Source of the DNA: Bacteroidales bacterium | GTDB lineage: Bacteria > Bacteroidota > Bacteroidia > Bacteroidales > FEN-979 | Assembly: GCA_030681475.1 (NCBI GenBank) | Contig: JAUXWT010000055.1 | Location: forward strand, 4,914-68,913 | Direction: 5' to 3' | Length of the DNA: 64,000 bases | In this document: positions 1-8,184 of the stretch, in pieces | Layout: each line of letters starts with the position of its first letter | Position numbering within the stretch: the first letter of the stretch is position 1 | Translations under genes and position numbers: made by a program | The notes under the pieces: generated by a model | What the model saw: only the letters and a program-made list of their open reading frames with translations | Told to the model about the DNA's origin: nothing | The model's database searches: none

Positions 1-153
1 TACATGATTCACACATTTAAAAAGATGGATCAGCCAAAAATATGTGAATTATGCAACTTATATGAAATATTATGTAACACTTGATATGAGATTGGGATAG
101 ACCTTTGTCCTGTTGTGAAAAATCATTCACAAAAAAAAATAAAACGAAATAAA

Positions 154-2034
154 ATGAAAAAACAACTAGTTAGTTCATTAACGGTTTTTCTTCTTCTGTT
201 GATTCCAATTATGAATTTTGCACAAGCTCCTCCACTGGGAACCGCTGCCGGGTTTGTTCTCTTTTCAAGTGTTGGAGCAGTCACAAATACAGGAATTTCG
301 CACCTTACAGGGAATGTTGGCACAAACAGCGGTTCCAGTACCGGTTTCGGAAATGTGAACGGCGTGATGCATGACAACGATGGTGCAAGCGCTCAATGTT
401 CAGCAGATTTACTCATTGCCTACAATATCCTGAACAGTACCATTCCAAATTTCTTCCCTGCTCCTTTGTTTGGAAACGGGCAAACGCTTATTGCAGGCGT
501 TTATTCCATTTCGGGTGCGGCAACATTGAACGGAACCCTTAAACTCGATGCATTGGGAAATCCCAATGGTGTGTTTATTATTCAGATACAGGGCTCATTT
601 TCCACTGCCGCTGGCTCAAAAGTGCAGTTGATCAATGGCGCGGTGGCATGCAATGTATTCTGGAAAGTGGAAGGCCTGGTAAGTATGGCATCAGGAACTA
701 CGATGAGGGGAACAATTATTGCAAACAACGCAGCAATTGTAATGAACACCGGCGACACACTGGAAGGAAGAGCGCTTTCAACCGCGGGCGCTGTTACTCT
801 TGACGGCGTGATGGCATACACCCCCGTCGGTTGCGGAAGTCCTGTACTCACAGGACCCATGGCCCCTGCACTTGCCTCCACGGAATGTTACGCATTATTC
901 TCTTCAAACGGGGCTGTAACAAACACCGGTGTAACGCATGTTACAGGTGATGTTGGAACGAATGTCGGTTTAACGGTCGGTTTTGATCCGTTGCTGGTCA
1001 CGGGTACTATTCACCCCATTCCGGATGGTTCAACAGCACAATGTGCAGCCGATTTGCTTGACGTCTATAATTATCTGAACATTTTACCCTATGAGATTGA
1101 ACTGCTGTATCCGGCACAGTTTGGAAACAACCTGGTTCTCACACCACATACATACCTGTTAAACGCTGCCACAACCTTCACAGACACACTTTACCTGAAT
1201 GCAATGGGTTATCCAAATGCCGTTTTTGTCATCAAAATAAACGGCGCACTTTCAACAAACTCATATTCAAAGGTTGTCCTGATCAACGGAGCACAGGCAA
1301 AAAATGTTTTTTGGAAGATTGAAGGCGCGGTAAGCATAAACAGTTATTCCATTTTCAAAGGGACGATAATCTGTAACAACGGCGCATTGGGCTCATTGGG
1401 TACAGGCGTTATACTGGACGGAAGAGCGCTTACAACGACAGGCGCATTAAGTACCGCTGCAGCAACTGTAACCATGCCAACAGTTTGCTGCACTGCCGGT
1501 GTGATTCCCAACACTTTGCTGGTGACTGGTATTGTGAGCGGAGCAGAAACTGTATGTAAAAATGCAATACAGACAATAACAGTCGCGGGAGGCAGAACAA
1601 CATTTCAGGTTCAGAGCGGCGGCAGTGTGACCATGATTGCCGGTCAGAATATCCGCTTGCTGTATGGAACGAAGGTTTCTGCAGGTGGATATTTGCATGC
1701 ATACATTACAACTAGCGGCGAATACTGCTGTTCAACAGGGGCGAGTAAATCCGTCGAAATGAGTGAGGTTATCCCGGAAATGACAGCCGGTACCTTCTTC
1801 AAGGTTTATCCGAATGCAACCAGTGACAAGTTCTGCCTTGAACTGGATCCTACCTGCAAGGATACCAAAGTGATGGTCCAGATTTTCGGAATGGTCGGTA
1901 ATTTAATCCTGAACAAAGATTTGATCAACGATGATCGGCACGAATTCTCCCTCGGTGGGAAAACACCGGGCATCTACTTCATCCGTGTTATGGCCGGCAA
2001 TCGTCTCGAAACAAAGAAGATCGTCCTGAAATAA
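154..2034 (+). CDS. Secreted protein with two tandem DUF3494 (ice-binding-like) domains and a T9SS type-A C-terminal sorting domain
   Basis: ORF 115..2034. The internal ATG at 154 gives a classic signal peptide (MKKQLVSSLTVFLLLLIPIMNFAQA). The motif LGTAAGF..FSS.GAVTNTG...GNVGTN...TGF followed by AQC.ADLL..YN occurs twice, as in DUF3494/IBP beta-helix proteins. The last ~80 aa (FFKVYPNATSDKF...GIYFIRV...KKIVLK) look like a Por secretion tail. Confidence 0.8.
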   Translation: MKKQLVSSLTVFLLLLIPIMNFAQAPPLGTAAGFVLFSSVGAVTNTGISHLTGNVGTNSGSSTGFGNVNGVMHDNDGASAQCSADLLIAYNILNSTIPNFFPAPLFGNGQTLIAGVYSISGAATLNGTLKLDALGNPNGVFIIQIQGSFSTAAGSKVQLINGAVACNVFWKVEGLVSMASGTTMRGTIIANNAAIVMNTGDTLEGRALSTAGAVTLDGVMAYTPVGCGSPVLTGPMAPALASTECYALFSSNGAVTNTGVTHVTGDVGTNVGLTVGFDPLLVTGTIHPIPDGSTAQCAADLLDVYNYLNILPYEIELLYPAQFGNNLVLTPHTYLLNAATTFTDTLYLNAMGYPNAVFVIKINGALSTNSYSKVVLINGAQAKNVFWKIEGAVSINSYSIFKGTIICNNGALGSLGTGVILDGRALTTTGALSTAAATVTMPTVCCTAGVIPNTLLVTGIVSGAETVCKNAIQTITVAGGRTTFQVQSGGSVTMIAGQNIRLLYGTKVSAGGYLHAYITTSGEYCCSTGASKSVEMSEVIPEMTAGTFFKVYPNATSDKFCLELDPTCKDTKVMVQIFGMVGNLILNKDLINDDRHEFSLGGKTPGIYFIRVMAGNRLETKKIVLK

Positions 2035-2108
2035 CCACTAAAATTCAAGAATATAGAAGAGGTCGTCCCGACAATTTTACAGCATGATAAATTCATTGAA
2101 AAAAGAAA

Positions 2109-3194
2109 ATGATGAAAACGAAATTTAGAATTATTTCAGTATTCCTGATACTGCTAATAGCGGTCTCAATAAGCCCGCAAAAGATATCCGCACAGGGAGG
2201 AACAATCAGTTTCCAGGTTTTTTATGATGAATTAAGTCCTTATGGAAACTGGGTTTATGACACCGATTACGGATATGTCTGGATCCCGGATGTAGCGCCC
2301 GGATTTGTTCCATATTCCACGAACGGATATTGGATCTTTACCAATGAAGGTTGGACCTGGGTATCTGATTACTCATGGGGTTGGGCGCCATTTCACTATG
2401 GCCGATGGTATGTTGATGAAAGATACGGGCCCATGTGGGTTCCGGATAGAGAATGGGGCCCGGGATGGGTTACCTGGAGGAGATCAGGAGATTTTTACGG
2501 ATGGGCGCCGATCGGTCCTGGTGTCAGCCTCCATATAGCCTACGGCGATGGTTACTATGTCCCAAATTATCAGTGGACATTTGTAAGAGACAGGGATTTT
2601 GGACGAACAAACATCAACCAATATTATATCAACAACTCATACAATGTTACGATCATCAACAACTCTACCGTAATCAACAATACCCGGGTTGACAGATCGC
2701 GTAATGTAACATACAATGCTGGTCCCCAACGGGATGAAGTGGAGAGGCGTGCCGGCAAAAAATTCATCCCGGTCGCTATTCAAGAAAGCGCCAGGCCTGG
2801 TCAAAACCTGAACAAAGACCGGCTGCAGATATACAGACCGCAGGTGCAAAGAAATACCACCACTGAACGTCAAGCTGCCCCGGCCAAGGTAGGTCGTCTG
2901 GAAAATGTGAAAACTTCAGAACAAAGGAAGTTTGAAACTCCATCGCAAAAAGCCAATCAACCGGCCAGGCAGCAGCCATCGCAACATCAACGTCCTGCCG
3001 AACAGCAAAAACAGAAGCCACCACAGCAGCAGCAGCAACAGCAACGTCCTGCCGAACAACAGAAGCAGAAACCGCAGCAGCAGCAGCGTCCTGCCGAGCC
3101 TCCTAAGCAACAGAGACCTCAGAATGTCGATCCGCCAAAAAAAGCGGATAAGGAGAAGAATTCACAAAAGAATCGACCGCCGAAAACCATATAA
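2109..3194 (+). CDS. Secreted Trp/Tyr-rich repeat protein (YxWGxW-type repeats) with Gln/Pro/Lys-rich low-complexity tail
   Basis: Signal peptide MMKTKFRIISVFLILLIAVSISPQKISAQ. Dense aromatic repeats (YGNWVY, YGYVWIP, GWTWVS, YSWGWAPFHYGRWY, GPMWVP, WGPGWVTW, FYGWAPIG). C-terminal QRPAEQQKQKP(Q)n repeats. Confidence 0.6.
   Translation: MMKTKFRIISVFLILLIAVSISPQKISAQGGTISFQVFYDELSPYGNWVYDTDYGYVWIPDVAPGFVPYSTNGYWIFTNEGWTWVSDYSWGWAPFHYGRWYVDERYGPMWVPDREWGPGWVTWRRSGDFYGWAPIGPGVSLHIAYGDGYYVPNYQWTFVRDRDFGRTNINQYYINNSYNVTIINNSTVINNTRVDRSRNVTYNAGPQRDEVERRAGKKFIPVAIQESARPGQNLNKDRLQIYRPQVQRNTTTERQAAPAKVGRLENVKTSEQRKFETPSQKANQPARQQPSQHQRPAEQQKQKPPQQQQQQQRPAEQQKQKPQQQQRPAEPPKQQRPQNVDPPKKADKEKNSQKNRPPKTI
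2988..3105 (+). repeat. Imperfect in-frame tandem repeat (54-nt then 42-nt spacing) encoding QRPAEQQKQKP-Q(n)
   Basis: CAACGTCCTGCCGAACA recurs at 2988 and 3042. A degenerate CAGCGTCCTGCCGAGCC copy lies at ~3084, inside a CAG/CAA-rich tract. Confidence 0.7.
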
Positions 3195-3252
3195 AGCGGA
3201 CACAATTATATATAAGAACAATATTCACATCATATAAACTAAAATCTGAATT

Positions 3253-5322
3253 ATGAAAAATTTCTATCGACGCTTATCTAAGATAATGCTCGTCTTCCTT
3301 GTGACATCAATACCCTTTGCGACAACGGCTCAGGAAGCGCCCACAGAGCCAACGGTTCCGGCAAATACAGCCCAATGTTACAAGTATTGGTCCGTTGGGG
3401 CTTTTGGCGGTTTGACCCAATTTAACGGTGACCTGTCAAAGAATTTATGGGGTAACCTCTATTCGAAGAGCGTTGGTTACAATATCGGCCTGGTCGCCAC
3501 AAAACAGTTTTCGCGGGTGATCGGTGTGCGTGTGCGGTTCGCATACGCCAATATACATAGCGGGGTCCAGGATAAATGGGTATGGGACTATCAGGATGGG
3601 AATGGTGTGGCAGAAAAGGTTACCCATAGTTTTCGTTCGTCAATTTTTGAAACAGATTTGCAGCTCACGGTAAACTGGTTGAACTGGATCCTTGGTCATA
3701 AACCTGAACGGATCTTTTCGTCGTACCTTATTGGTGGCATTGGCATGGATCATTCCAGCGGAACTATGAAGGATATTAACGGAATTGCGCTGGCTTACCT
3801 GGGCAGAAACAGTGAAGCCCTGAACGTTGGCAACACAAGTGGCATCGGTGGCGATAATCTTCAATTTAAAGCAGAAGCCGGATTAGGTTTTGACTTTAAC
3901 CTGAGCAAGCATTTCTCTGTTCCTGTTGAATTTATCTGGAGATGGCAGAATTCCGATCTCCTGGATATGACCAGGGGTGGTGCAAAAAGCATGGTTAACG
4001 ACATGTACAGTTCCGGTACTGTCGGAATAACATATAAATTTGGGTATAGTTGTCCCAAACAGCCGGAAAAGCTCGCAGCAATGACCCTTACAGCAGTTGT
4101 GGCACCAATCCCTGAGCCGAATATCCGGTTTTCGGTTATCGCTCCCAGGAACATTCCTGCCGAGCGCAACGTAAGAGAGATATTCCCGATCCGGAATTAC
4201 GTTTTCTTTGACCTGGGATCAAAAGAGATCCCGGCACGTTATGTTCATCTCTCCAAGAACCAGGTGAAAGAATTCAAAGAGGAACAGGTGGCGATGTACG
4301 TGCCTGAAAACCTGTCGGGTCGTTCCTATCGGCAAATGACCGTTTATTATAATGTTTTAAACATCCTCGGTGACCGTTTAGGAAAAATTCCTGAAGCAGA
4401 TGTACATTTGACCGGCTCGTCAATGGAGGGGCCTGACGAAGGAAAGGCCATGGCAGAATCGGTGAAGAGATACCTGGTAAGCATTTGGGGAATTGAAGCG
4501 ACGAGGATCATTACAGAAGGAAGGGTTAAACCCGATATTCTGTCTGAGCAGCCGGGTGGAACAAAAGAACTTGACCTGCTTCGCGAGGAAGACCGCAGGG
4601 TGTCCATCTGGAGCGCAACGCCAGCATTACTGATGGAATTCCAGAACGGAGAAAATGCCCCGTTGAAGCCGGTGGAAATCCTGGCGCTCCAGAAAGCGCC
4701 GATTGAAAGTTATGTGAGATTCAACAATTACGGGGCGAACCTTGCGCTCACGTCGTGGTCATTTGTCATCAGGGACGATCAGGGAACTTTGCAGCATTTT
4801 GGTCCATATAGACAGGAGACCGTAGTGATACCGGGAAAAACCATTTTAGGCACACGTCCCGAAGGTAAATACAAAGTCACCATGACCGGCCTGGCTAAAA
4901 ACGGATCGACGGTCAGGAAGGACACCACCGTAAATATGGTTTTATGGACACCGCCTACAAACCAGGAAGTGTTGAGATTCAGCATTCTTTATGAATTCAA
5001 TGAATCGAAAGCCATTGTCTTCTATGAAAAGTATCTCACGGAGATCGTCGCTCCAAAGATCCCTGAAGGTGGCAAGGTTATCATCCATGGCTATACCGAC
5101 ATCATAGGAGACTCAACCTATAACCAGACGTTGTCGCTGGAACGGGCAAATGATGTCAGAAACATACTCATAAACGGCCTGTCAACGGCTGGAAATAAGG
5201 ATGTTCAATTTGAAGTATATGGATTCGGTGAGGATCAAAAATTATCACCGTTTGAGAACCAATATCCCGAGGAACGTTTTTATAACCGTATGGTTATCAT
5301 TGATCTCATTCCATTGAAGTAA
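3253..5322 (+). CDS. OmpA-family outer-membrane protein (N-terminal beta-barrel-like region, long middle region, C-terminal OmpA peptidoglycan-binding domain)
   Basis: Signal peptide ending FATTAQE. C-terminal IHGYTDIIGDSTYNQTLSLERANDVRNIL matches the OmpA_C signature (GxTD..G....N..LS..RA). Confidence 0.8.
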   Translation: MKNFYRRLSKIMLVFLVTSIPFATTAQEAPTEPTVPANTAQCYKYWSVGAFGGLTQFNGDLSKNLWGNLYSKSVGYNIGLVATKQFSRVIGVRVRFAYANIHSGVQDKWVWDYQDGNGVAEKVTHSFRSSIFETDLQLTVNWLNWILGHKPERIFSSYLIGGIGMDHSSGTMKDINGIALAYLGRNSEALNVGNTSGIGGDNLQFKAEAGLGFDFNLSKHFSVPVEFIWRWQNSDLLDMTRGGAKSMVNDMYSSGTVGITYKFGYSCPKQPEKLAAMTLTAVVAPIPEPNIRFSVIAPRNIPAERNVREIFPIRNYVFFDLGSKEIPARYVHLSKNQVKEFKEEQVAMYVPENLSGRSYRQMTVYYNVLNILGDRLGKIPEADVHLTGSSMEGPDEGKAMAESVKRYLVSIWGIEATRIITEGRVKPDILSEQPGGTKELDLLREEDRRVSIWSATPALLMEFQNGENAPLKPVEILALQKAPIESYVRFNNYGANLALTSWSFVIRDDQGTLQHFGPYRQETVVIPGKTILGTRPEGKYKVTMTGLAKNGSTVRKDTTVNMVLWTPPTNQEVLRFSILYEFNESKAIVFYEKYLTEIVAPKIPEGGKVIIHGYTDIIGDSTYNQTLSLERANDVRNILINGLSTAGNKDVQFEVYGFGEDQKLSPFENQYPEERFYNRMVIIDLIPLK

Positions 5323-5354
5323 GCAGTCCGGATAAATTGATTTTTTTCCTGCAG

Positions 5355-5387
5355 GAGGGCCGGTTGAATGAATTTCAGCCGGCCCTC
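5355..5387 (+). terminator. Stem-loop downstream of the OmpA-family gene
   Basis: Perfect 9-bp GC-rich stem GAGGGCCGG (5355-5363) / CCGGCCCTC (5379-5387) with a 15-nt loop, 33 nt after the stop codon. No U-tract follows. Confidence 0.5.
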
Positions 5388-5520
5388 TATCGCTGAGGTA
5401 AATAAGCGGACAAGTGTGAATCGTGTAACTTTTCCCTCAAATTGTATAACATTTCAGGCTATTAGTGTGACGACCCTTGTGATGTTGTGAAAATACCTTC
5501 ACACATTAAAATGACATCAA

Positions 5521-7392
5521 ATGAAAACACAGCTACTGAGCGTATTACAAATCGTTCTGTTACTCCTGATACCCATGGTGAATTTCGCACAGGCGCCTTA
5601 TTTGGGGACTGCTTCAGGATTCGTTCTTTTTTCAAGTATAGGTGCAGTTGGCAACTCCGGAATTTCCAAGATCACGGGAAATGTAGGCACGAATAATGGC
5701 TCCATCACCGGGTTTGGAAATGTGAACGGTGTGATGAGTGCAGCAGGCAGCGGAACAAGCGCGCAATGCGCGGCTGATTTACTTATTGCTTATAATATGC
5801 TGAACAGTGCAGTACCGGCTTTTTTTCCTACTCCGTTGCTTGGAAACGGGCAAACGCTTATTGCAGGTGTTTATTCCATTTCGGGTGCGGCAACATTGAA
5901 CGGAATTCTTAAACTTGATGCACAGGGAAATCCGGGCGGGGTGTTTATTTTTAAAATACAGGGTCCGTTTTCCACTGCTGCTGCTTCAAAAGTACAGTTG
6001 ATCAATGGCGCAATGGCATGCAATGTATTCTGGAAGGTGGAAGGCCTGGTCAGCATGGCTACAGGGACCACGATGAGAGGGACAGTTATCGCGAACAACG
6101 CCGCTATAAATATGAGTACCGGCGACACGCTTGAAGGAAGAGCCATGTCGACTACCGGTGCAGTAAATGTTCAGGGCGTTATGGCATACACGCCGGTCGG
6201 TTGCGGAAGTCCGGTACTAACGGGACCTGCGGCGCCGGCGCTTGCAACAACACAATGCTATACTTTATTTTCGTCCAACGGGCCTGTTTCAAACGCCGGG
6301 GCAACATATGTTTCCGGTGATGTAGGAACGAATGCAGGTTTAACTACAGGCTTCAATCCGCTTTTAGTAACCGGCACGATACATCCGATTCCGGATGGTT
6401 CAACATTGCAATGTGCAGCAGATCTCGGGATTGTCTATAACTACCTTAATGCAATGGGTTATTCAAATGCCGTTTTTGTCATCAAGATAAACGGCGCGCT
6501 TTCAACAAACACATATTCCAGGGTTGTCCTGATCAACGGGGCACAGGCAAAAAATGTTTACTGGAAGGTAGATGGCGCGGTGAGCATCAATGATTATTCG
6601 GTTTTCAAGGGCACGATCATATGCAACAATGGTGCAATCCTATTAAAAACAGGTGTGAATCTTGAAGGCAGGGCGTTATCAACAACAGGCGCATTAGGAA
6701 CAACCGCGATCACCGCCAACATGCCTGCCGGAGCTTCCATTGCCACCGGAGCAGGGACAACCACCATTACTGTTAATTTTGGCGGCACCGCGACTTCAGG
6801 AAAAATCACTGTTGCCGGAAACAGTTCATGTGGCAACGGACAAATATCCCCTGACTTTAATGTCAACATCAATGCGATCCCCCCTGCGGCTGTTGTTACG
6901 TTATCAGGCACAGTAATGACAAGCAGCGCCTCGTCAGGAAACCAGTGGTATTTTAATGGCGCTATAATTCCCGGGGCGACAGGCCAGACCTATACAGCTA
7001 TGAACTTTACCGGAAATTACTGGTGTGTGGTCACCCTGAACGGCTGCCCGTCGGATATTTCCAACAAGGTATGGGTCCAAATGGTTGGAATTACGGAAAT
7101 TCCTGCTAATGTGTCATTTAACATCTATCCGATACCAAATAACGGACAATTTACTGTTTCAATCACCAATCCGGTTGACCTCACCTGTTCGATCAGGATA
7201 TACGACCAGCTTGGCGGAACTATTTTCGAACGCCGGGATGTGACGACGGTTGATGGAAAATATGAAGCGGTAATCGACCTTCGTCCGGCGTCGTTTTTTA
7301 CCGCAGACGCAAAGGCGCAGAGAAAAATAGTATTGATTGTGAATCATCTGCATCTGTGCGTCTCCGCGGTTAATATTAAAAGTTGCATTTGA
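5521..7392 (+). CDS. Paralogous secreted tandem DUF3494 (ice-binding-like) protein with Ig/PKD-like region and T9SS-type C-terminal domain (altered 3' end)
   Basis: Signal peptide MKTQLLSVLQIVLLLLIPMVNFAQA. Long stretches are near-identical to the 154..2034 protein (e.g. GNGQTLIAGVYSISGAATLNG, ACNVFWKVEGLVSMA, GAQAKNV.WK). C-terminal FNIYPIPNNGQFTVS...IRIYDQLG is T9SS-like, but the frame runs ~18 codons past the expected KIVL end. Confidence 0.8.
   Translation: MKTQLLSVLQIVLLLLIPMVNFAQAPYLGTASGFVLFSSIGAVGNSGISKITGNVGTNNGSITGFGNVNGVMSAAGSGTSAQCAADLLIAYNMLNSAVPAFFPTPLLGNGQTLIAGVYSISGAATLNGILKLDAQGNPGGVFIFKIQGPFSTAAASKVQLINGAMACNVFWKVEGLVSMATGTTMRGTVIANNAAINMSTGDTLEGRAMSTTGAVNVQGVMAYTPVGCGSPVLTGPAAPALATTQCYTLFSSNGPVSNAGATYVSGDVGTNAGLTTGFNPLLVTGTIHPIPDGSTLQCAADLGIVYNYLNAMGYSNAVFVIKINGALSTNTYSRVVLINGAQAKNVYWKVDGAVSINDYSVFKGTIICNNGAILLKTGVNLEGRALSTTGALGTTAITANMPAGASIATGAGTTTITVNFGGTATSGKITVAGNSSCGNGQISPDFNVNINAIPPAAVVTLSGTVMTSSASSGNQWYFNGAIIPGATGQTYTAMNFTGNYWCVVTLNGCPSDISNKVWVQMVGITEIPANVSFNIYPIPNNGQFTVSITNPVDLTCSIRIYDQLGGTIFERRDVTTVDGKYEAVIDLRPASFFTADAKAQRKIVLIVNHLHLCVSAVNIKSCI
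7300..7370 (+). other. Imperfect palindromic element overlapping the 3' end of the second DUF3494 gene
   Basis: ACCGC-AGACGCA (7300-7311) pairs with TGCGTCT-CC-GCGGT (7357-7370): 12 bp with a 2-nt bulge. Inner GCAGA/TCTGC pairing is also possible. Confidence 0.4.
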
Positions 7393-7448
7393 GACACCTT
7401 CTACTGGTAAAGAAAGTTAAATAACCTGGAAATACTAAGAACAACAAA

Positions 7449-8009
7449 ATGAAAAGCTTAAGATTAATTGTTATCGGAATGATATTATGCTGCGCAGGAT
7501 CAATGCAGGCTCAATTTTCGCTGAGTTTTCATGTCACTCCCCCTCCCCCATGGGGACCTGCCGGTTATGCCCAAGTAAACTACTATTATTTGCCTGATGT
7601 TGAAGCCTACTATGACGTACAGGAGTCGACGTTCATTTATTTCAGTGGGAATGTATGGGTTCGCCGGCCTGCTCTGCCTTACAGGTACCGGAATTATGAT
7701 TTGTACCGGGGGTACAAAGTTGTGATGCACGACTATCGCGGCAAGACTCCGTACACACATTTCAAAGAGCACAAAAAGAAATATTCAAAAGGCTACCGTG
7801 GAATACCGCAGCGATCCATCGGTGAACGGCCGGGAAAAGGCAACCATGACTCGAAAAAATATTACGGAAATCCAAATGATAAACAGGGAAATGGTCATGA
7901 TAAAGGTAAAAGTTCGGGACATGACAATGATAAGGGTGGTTCCCACGGCAATGACAAAAGCAACAAGAAAGGTCATGGCCAAGGTGGTGGAAAGGGCAAG
8001 AAGAAATAA
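7449..8009 (+). CDS. Secreted hypothetical protein, Tyr/Arg-rich core and Gly/Lys/His/Asp-rich tail
   Basis: Signal peptide MKSLRLIVIGMILCCAGSMQAQ. Aromatic/basic core (YYYLPDVEAYYDV...YRYRNYDLYRGYKVV). Tail GNGHDKGKSSGHDNDKGGSHGNDKSNKKGHGQGGGKGKKK. No family recognised. Confidence 0.5.
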   Translation: MKSLRLIVIGMILCCAGSMQAQFSLSFHVTPPPPWGPAGYAQVNYYYLPDVEAYYDVQESTFIYFSGNVWVRRPALPYRYRNYDLYRGYKVVMHDYRGKTPYTHFKEHKKKYSKGYRGIPQRSIGERPGKGNHDSKKYYGNPNDKQGNGHDKGKSSGHDNDKGGSHGNDKSNKKGHGQGGGKGKKK

Positions 8010-8162
8010 CACTCAATCAGGTAAATCCCTGAGGTTTTATTAGTGATTGATTTTCTGATGTTTATATCCGTCGCAGATAATTAATGCTTTATAAAAATTG
8101 AAGATTCACATATTTTCATGCAATAAAATGTAATACGCTACATTAATTCGTGCGTTATTTTG

Positions 8163-8170
8163 TATATTTG
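8163..8170 (+). promoter_or_regulatory. Candidate Bacteroidota -7 promoter box (TAnnTTTG)
   Basis: TATATTTG lies 15 nt upstream of the ATG at 8185. No convincing -33 TTTG was seen. Confidence 0.3.
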
Positions 8171-8184
8171 CACAAAATAAGAGC

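Noticed and set aside
115-153. GTG start at 115 for the first DUF3494 gene
   Set aside because: The ATG at 154 yields a canonical signal peptide, and the paralog starts at the equivalent position. The 13 extra residues (MKNHSQKKIKRNK) look like translated leader.
2932-3237. 101-aa alternative-frame ORF over the Gln/Pro-rich repeat (and the minus-strand ORFs 2776..3110)
   Set aside because: These are artefacts of the CAG/CAA-rich repeat being open in several frames. The 2109..3194 frame carries the signal peptide and the conserved aromatic domain.
154-7392. Calling the DUF3494 proteins functional antifreeze/ice-binding proteins
   Set aside because: Only the fold family can be inferred from motifs. 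Many DUF3494 proteins are untested, and the organism's habitat is unknown. I kept the neutral label 'ice-binding-like'.
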